Under the pieces are notes generated by a model, which saw nothing but the letters and a program-made list of their open reading frames with translations, was not told the origin of the DNA and did not search any database. The translations under genes and the position numbers were made by a program. A stretch of DNA of 28,577 nucleotides, taken from the NCBI GenBank assembly GCA_035688995.1, contig DASSMG010000233.1, positions 1 to 28,577 of the forward strand, given 5' to 3'. The DNA is from Actinomycetota bacterium. Its GTDB lineage: Bacteria > Actinomycetota > CADDZG01 > WHSQ01. Positions 24,882 to 28,577 of this stretch are shown one piece after another. How positions within the stretch are numbered: the stretch's first letter is position 1; the number at the start of each line of letters is the position of its first letter.

Positions 24882-25622
24882 TCAACCACGCTCGCACAGG
24901 AACATCGCGCGCCGTCGGGTGAACGCCCACTCGTCCCCCTCGCGCCGGAAATCCATGCCGGTCTCGGGTCCGAATCTCTCGATGAAGCCCTCCACCGCGG
25001 CGAAGCGTTCGGGTGGAAACTCGCCCGGCGCCATCCAGGTCGACATCCGTTGAGTCGATTCCGACAGTTTCTCCTTGACGATCTCCAGCCCGGCCGCCCG
25101 CAGCAATACCCGGAACGCGGACGGCGACCGCGAGACCGCATGCGAAGGATCTCGTGCGATCTCGAGCTCGTTCATGAAGCGGGTCTGCTCGTAGTTCTCG
25201 GTCGCGACCTGATCGACCACGAGCACACGTCCGCGCGCGATCCGCCGCATCTCTTTCAGCAACGGCAACGGCTCGCTCACGTGATGCAGCATCTGCGCGC
25301 ACGCGACGAGGTCTACGGAACGGGACTTCAGGGGCAGGGCGATCCCGTCTGCTACGAGGAGACCCATGTCGGGGAATCGGGATCGAGCTTCCGCCAGCAT
25401 CGCAGGAGTCAGGTCGATCGCGATCGAGAACGCCGCCGTGCCCCCGAAGAGTTGCAGGAAGTTCCCGGTTCCTGCCCCGACCTCTGCAACGGTTCCGCCG
25501 GGTTCCACGTCGGCGAACTCGACGACTCCGAGCTCGTCGAAGCGCCCTTTCGTTCGTTCGGCGAACGTCGCCGCGGCACGAGCGAACTCGGAGCGGAGGA
25601 CGTCGCGGGAGCGCTCGCTCAA
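24882..25622 (-). CDS. Class I SAM-dependent methyltransferase
   Basis: VAEVGAGTG motif I, IAIDLTPAML, DGIALPLKSRSVDLV, LHH. TTG start overlaps the mnmA stop. Confidence 0.88.
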   Translation of the reverse strand: MSERSRDVLRSEFARAAATFAERTKGRFDELGVVEFADVEPGGTVAEVGAGTGNFLQLFGGTAAFSIAIDLTPAMLAEARSRFPDMGLLVADGIALPLKSRSVDLVACAQMLHHVSEPLPLLKEMRRIARGRVLVVDQVATENYEQTRFMNELEIARDPSHAVSRSPSAFRVLLRAAGLEIVKEKLSESTQRMSTWMAPGEFPPERFAAVEGFIERFGPETGMDFRREGDEWAFTRRRAMFLCERG

Positions 25623-26713
25623 GCGGGAACGGCGGCCGGGATCGTCGCCTCGATGATGCCGCCGCCAATCAGCTCGTCGGGATCGGCCGATGAATAGAGC
25701 GCGGCGGATTGGCCCGGGGCGATCGCGCGCGCGCCGTCGGGTAACTCGACCGCGAAGTTCGCCGGGGTGCTCGTGGTGACGGTCCCTCGAACCACATCGC
25801 CGTGGGCGCGGTATTGAACGAGGACCGACGATCCCGGAGCGATCACCTCTCCGACGTAGCTCGCCTCGGCAACGGTCATCCCTCCCACGACAAGGTCGTC
25901 ACGACGACCCACGACGACCCTGTTGGAGGCCGCGTCGATCGCAGTTACGAAGATCGGCTCGCCCAGCGAGACGCCCAACCCCTTCCGCTGCCCCACCGTG
26001 TAGTGACCGATCCCGCGGTGTGCGCCCAGGACGGTCCCGTCGCGATCGACGATCTCCCCGGGCACCGATGCCTCGGGGATGCGGTCGTCGACGTAAGTCG
26101 CCGTGTCCCCGTTGCGGACGAAGCAGATCTCCATCGAGTCCGGTTTGCGCGCCGTCCGGAGGCCGAGATCCGCCGCGATCGCACGCGTTTCGGTCTTTCG
26201 AAGCTCGCCGACCGGGAAGCGCGTACGCGCGAGGTCTCGCTGGTCGAGCATCCAGAGGACGTAGGACTGGTCCTTGGTCACGTCGACGCCCCGAAGCAGT
26301 CGGTAGGCACCGCCGCTCCGACGTATCCGCGCGTAGTGGCCCGTCACCAGGACGTCGGCTCCGAGAGCGTCGGCGCGCCCCATGAGGGCACCGAACTTGA
26401 TCCACTGATTGCATCGCACGCACGGGTTCGGAGTGCGACCGGCGGCGTAGTCACGGTGGAAATCCTCGATGACCGTCGCGTCGAATCGCTCGGCGAGGTT
26501 CAGCACGTAGAACGGGATGCCGAGGACGTCGGCAACGCGACGGGCGTCTTCGGCCGCGCCGAGGTTGCAGCAGCCCGAGTTCGTGTTGAGATCGTCGCCC
26601 TGCCACAGCTTCAGCATCACGCCGGTCACGTCGTAGCCCTGCTCGACCATCAGCGCCGCGGCGACCGAGGAATCGACCCCGCCCGACATCGCGACTACGG
26701 CTTTCCGGCTCAC
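25619..26713 (-). CDS. mnmA: tRNA 2-thiouridine(34) synthase
   Basis: AMSGGVDSS PP-loop, SGCC, TPNPCVRCN, TGHYA, KDQSY, KPDSMEICF, YTVGQRKG. GTG start at 26713 overlaps the desulfurase stop. Confidence 0.96.
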   Translation of the reverse strand: MSRKAVVAMSGGVDSSVAAALMVEQGYDVTGVMLKLWQGDDLNTNSGCCNLGAAEDARRVADVLGIPFYVLNLAERFDATVIEDFHRDYAAGRTPNPCVRCNQWIKFGALMGRADALGADVLVTGHYARIRRSGGAYRLLRGVDVTKDQSYVLWMLDQRDLARTRFPVGELRKTETRAIAADLGLRTARKPDSMEICFVRNGDTATYVDDRIPEASVPGEIVDRDGTVLGAHRGIGHYTVGQRKGLGVSLGEPIFVTAIDAASNRVVVGRRDDLVVGGMTVAEASYVGEVIAPGSSVLVQYRAHGDVVRGTVTTSTPANFAVELPDGARAIAPGQSAALYSSADPDELIGGGIIEATIPAAVPA

Positions 26714-27855
26714 GCGACCTTCCTTGCGCGCCGGACCGCTTCGGGAAGAGCCGTCAGGACCGCGTCGACGTCCGCTTGGGTCGAGTCGCGGCCGAGCGAG
26801 AACCGCAAGCTCCCCTTCGCTATCTTGCGCGGCACGCCGATCGCGAGGAGCACGTGAGAGGGATCCAGCGCCCCCGACGCGCAAGCCGACCCCGACGAGC
26901 ACGCGATGCCGGCACCATCGAGTAACAGGAGCAGGGTCTCGCCGTCGGCCCCCGGGATGCAGACGCTCACGTTTCCCGGGGCTCGGCGATCGAGACTCCC
27001 GTTAACGACCACGTCCGGGATCGCCGAGGTGATCCCATCCAGCAGCGCGTCGCGCAGCCCACTGACCCGATCGTGCTTCGCGTGGACTTCCTTCGCGGCG
27101 ATCTCCGCCGCGGTCCCGAATCCGACGATGCCCGGCACGTTGAGCGTCCCGGATCGCACGCCCCGCTCCTGACCGCCGCCGTCGAGGATCGCTTCGATCG
27201 GGACGCCGGAACGAACGAACAGCGCGCCCACACCCTTGGGGCCGCCGAGCTTGTGGGCCGCGAATGCCGCCAGATCGACGCCCCACCCGTGGAGATCCAC
27301 CGGGACGTTGCCGAGCGCCTGCACCGCGTCGGTGTGCACGAGGACCCGGGGTTCCCGTCCCTTGACGGCTTCGGTCACGGCCGCGATGTCCTGCACGGTG
27401 CCGATCTCGTTGTTGACGGTCATCACGGACGCCAGAACGGAACCGGCGTTCACGGCGGCCGCTATCCGATCGGGATCTACCAACCCGTCGGTTCCCACGG
27501 CGACCTTCGTGACGTCCGCCCCGGAGCGCGCCAGAGCATCCGCGGTGTCAAGAACCGCGTGGTGCTCGAAGGTGGTCGTGATGAGGTGATTCCCGTTGCC
27601 CCGGAGCTTTGCCATGACGCCCTTGAGCGCGAGGTTGTCGGCCTCGGTGCCGCCCGAGGTGAACACGATCTCGGATGGGCCGGCCCCCACCGCCAGCGCG
27701 ACCTTTTCGCGCGCGTCTTCCACCAGGGCCTTGGCTCGGCGCCCGTAAGCGTGCACCGAGGACGGGTTCCCGAAGTCCTCCTCCAGGACCGCCATCATGG
27801 CGCCGCGGACCTCCGGCAAGACCGGGGTCGTCGCGGCGTGATCGAGGTAATGCAT
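26710..27855 (-). CDS. iscS: Cysteine desulfurase (IscS/NifS, group I)
   Basis: YLDHAATTP, FTSGGTEADN, HTDAVQA, PLP-lysine AHKLGGPKG, RSGT, SSGSAC. Start at ATG 27855. Confidence 0.95.
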   Translation of the reverse strand: MHYLDHAATTPVLPEVRGAMMAVLEEDFGNPSSVHAYGRRAKALVEDAREKVALAVGAGPSEIVFTSGGTEADNLALKGVMAKLRGNGNHLITTTFEHHAVLDTADALARSGADVTKVAVGTDGLVDPDRIAAAVNAGSVLASVMTVNNEIGTVQDIAAVTEAVKGREPRVLVHTDAVQALGNVPVDLHGWGVDLAAFAAHKLGGPKGVGALFVRSGVPIEAILDGGGQERGVRSGTLNVPGIVGFGTAAEIAAKEVHAKHDRVSGLRDALLDGITSAIPDVVVNGSLDRRAPGNVSVCIPGADGETLLLLLDGAGIACSSGSACASGALDPSHVLLAIGVPRKIAKGSLRFSLGRDSTQADVDAVLTALPEAVRRARKVA

Positions 27856-27861
27856 CGCCCC

Positions 27862-27867
27862 AGGATA
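27862..27867 (-). promoter_or_regulatory. Leaderless-type -10 (TATCCT) for the iscS-mnmA operon
   Basis: TANNNT 6 nt upstream of the ATG at 27855. Confidence 0.6.
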
Positions 27868-27874
27868 CGAGCGC

Positions 27875-27908
27875 GAACGCGAACCGGGGGCCCCTGGAGG
27901 GCCCCCGG
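27875..27908 (-). terminator. Hairpin terminator after the LPFTG protein gene
   Basis: Perfect 10-bp stem CCGGGGGCCC/GGGCCCCCGG (27884-27908) with a 5-nt loop, followed by TTCGCGTTC on the minus strand. Confidence 0.7.
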
Positions 27909-27932
27909 CGTTGATCTCGTTCAAGTGCTCGA

Positions 27933-28577
27933 CTACTGCGAGTCCGGTTTCCTGCGGGTCAGCAATTGCCATCCGCCGATAACGAGGGCGATGGCGATCA
28001 GGGCGTAGACGAACAGCCCCGCGGTCGAGCCGGTGAAGGGAAGCGTCTGGGTTCCCGAACGCCCTTCGATCCGATTGCCGCAGACCTGCGTGCCGGCCAT
28101 GTCTCCGTTGGCGTCGCACACCTCGGGCGGGTTCGTGCACGCCTGGATCCCGGGCATCGTCTCGTCGGCGTCACAACGCTCGATGATGTTGCCGCTCACC
28201 GACGGTGATGGGCTCGGAGAGCAGTTCGGCCCGGTGCAAGGTGTCGATGGCGACGGGCTCGGCGAGCAGTTCGCACCCACGCACGGCGTGGACGGAGACG
28301 GGCTCGGGGAGCAGGTGGCGCCGACACACGGCGGAGTACAGGTACCTCCGACGCAAGGGCTCGATGTCGACGGCGATGGTGACGGTGAGTTCGTCGGCTT
28401 CGGACGACACTGGCTGTGAGGGGGATTGCCCCGGCCCACGCCACCGTTGTGGTCACACTCGTAACCGTTGTTGTGGTCGCCCGGGTGCTGGCCCGGTGGG
28501 TTCTTGTAGTCCGACTTGCCGGTGCAACCAGCGCACTTGCCGTTTCCACCGTTCCCGTGGTCGCCGGCCCCCTGGTC
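27933..28577 (-). CDS. Sortase-anchored (LPFTG) Cys-rich secreted protein, 5'-truncated by the window edge
   Basis: Frame is open to the window end. It reads DQGAGDHGNGGNGKCAGCTGKSDYKNPPGQHPGDHNNGYECDHNGGVGRGNPPHSQC, then a Pro/Ser/Cys repeat linker, then LPFTG + hydrophobic helix + RRK tail. Confidence 0.88.
   Translation of the reverse strand, partial: DQGAGDHGNGGNGKCAGCTGKSDYKNPPGQHPGDHNNGYECDHNGGVGRGNPPHSQCRPKPTNSPSPSPSTSSPCVGGTCTPPCVGATCSPSPSPSTPCVGANCSPSPSPSTPCTGPNCSPSPSPSVSGNIIERCDADETMPGIQACTNPPEVCDANGDMAGTQVCGNRIEGRSGTQTLPFTGSTAGLFVYALIAIALVIGGWQLLTRRKPDSQ
28201..28345 (-). repeat. Coding tandem repeat, 45-nt period (PCVGxxCSPSPSPST)
   Basis: GGCTCGG anchor at 28211, 28256 and 28301. 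Three near-complete copies plus a partial fourth (PCVGGTCTP). Confidence 0.85.

Noticed and set aside
26714-28140. Track extensions of mnmA (to 26902) and iscS (to 28140)
   Set aside because: They overlap upstream genes and a terminator. Family N-terminal motifs start at 26713 and 27855.

Overview
High-GC chromosomal window from an Actinomycetota bacterium. The assignment rests on dodecin, DUF5319, an Rv3213c-type ParA, a FolP2-type pteroate synthase homologue, a FadE24/FadE23-like pair and many leaderless-type promoters. Most genes are on the minus strand and are housekeeping or metabolic: lgt, thyX, MBL hydrolase, dodecin, patatin, a DUF5319-ParA-Zn ribbon-histone-like cluster, a REC-degenerate GGDEF-LuxR regulator, prepilin peptidase, a single-domain response regulator, EamA-folP2, NUDIX, a PASTA Ser/Thr kinase with a coupled lipoprotein, an EEP hydrolase, rhomboid, an acyl-CoA dehydrogenase/SDR/MaoC operon, ligA, a methyltransferase, mnmA, a cysteine desulfurase, and the 3' part of an LPFTG-anchored Cys-rich surface protein that runs off the window end. 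The least ordinary stretch is 21250-22870, between the fadE operon and ligA. It holds a palindromic operator, a 3x21-nt tandem repeat, and a ~250-nt densely base-paired + strand transcript candidate. That candidate has an 18-nt complement to the 16S rRNA 3' end, an anti-SD strand, a CTG-started 14-codon ORF and its own terminator. It is followed by a lower-GC AbiEi-like/DUF559 nuclease gene bracketed by two copies of a ~50-nt palindrome. All family assignments come from motif recognition by eye; no searches were run.
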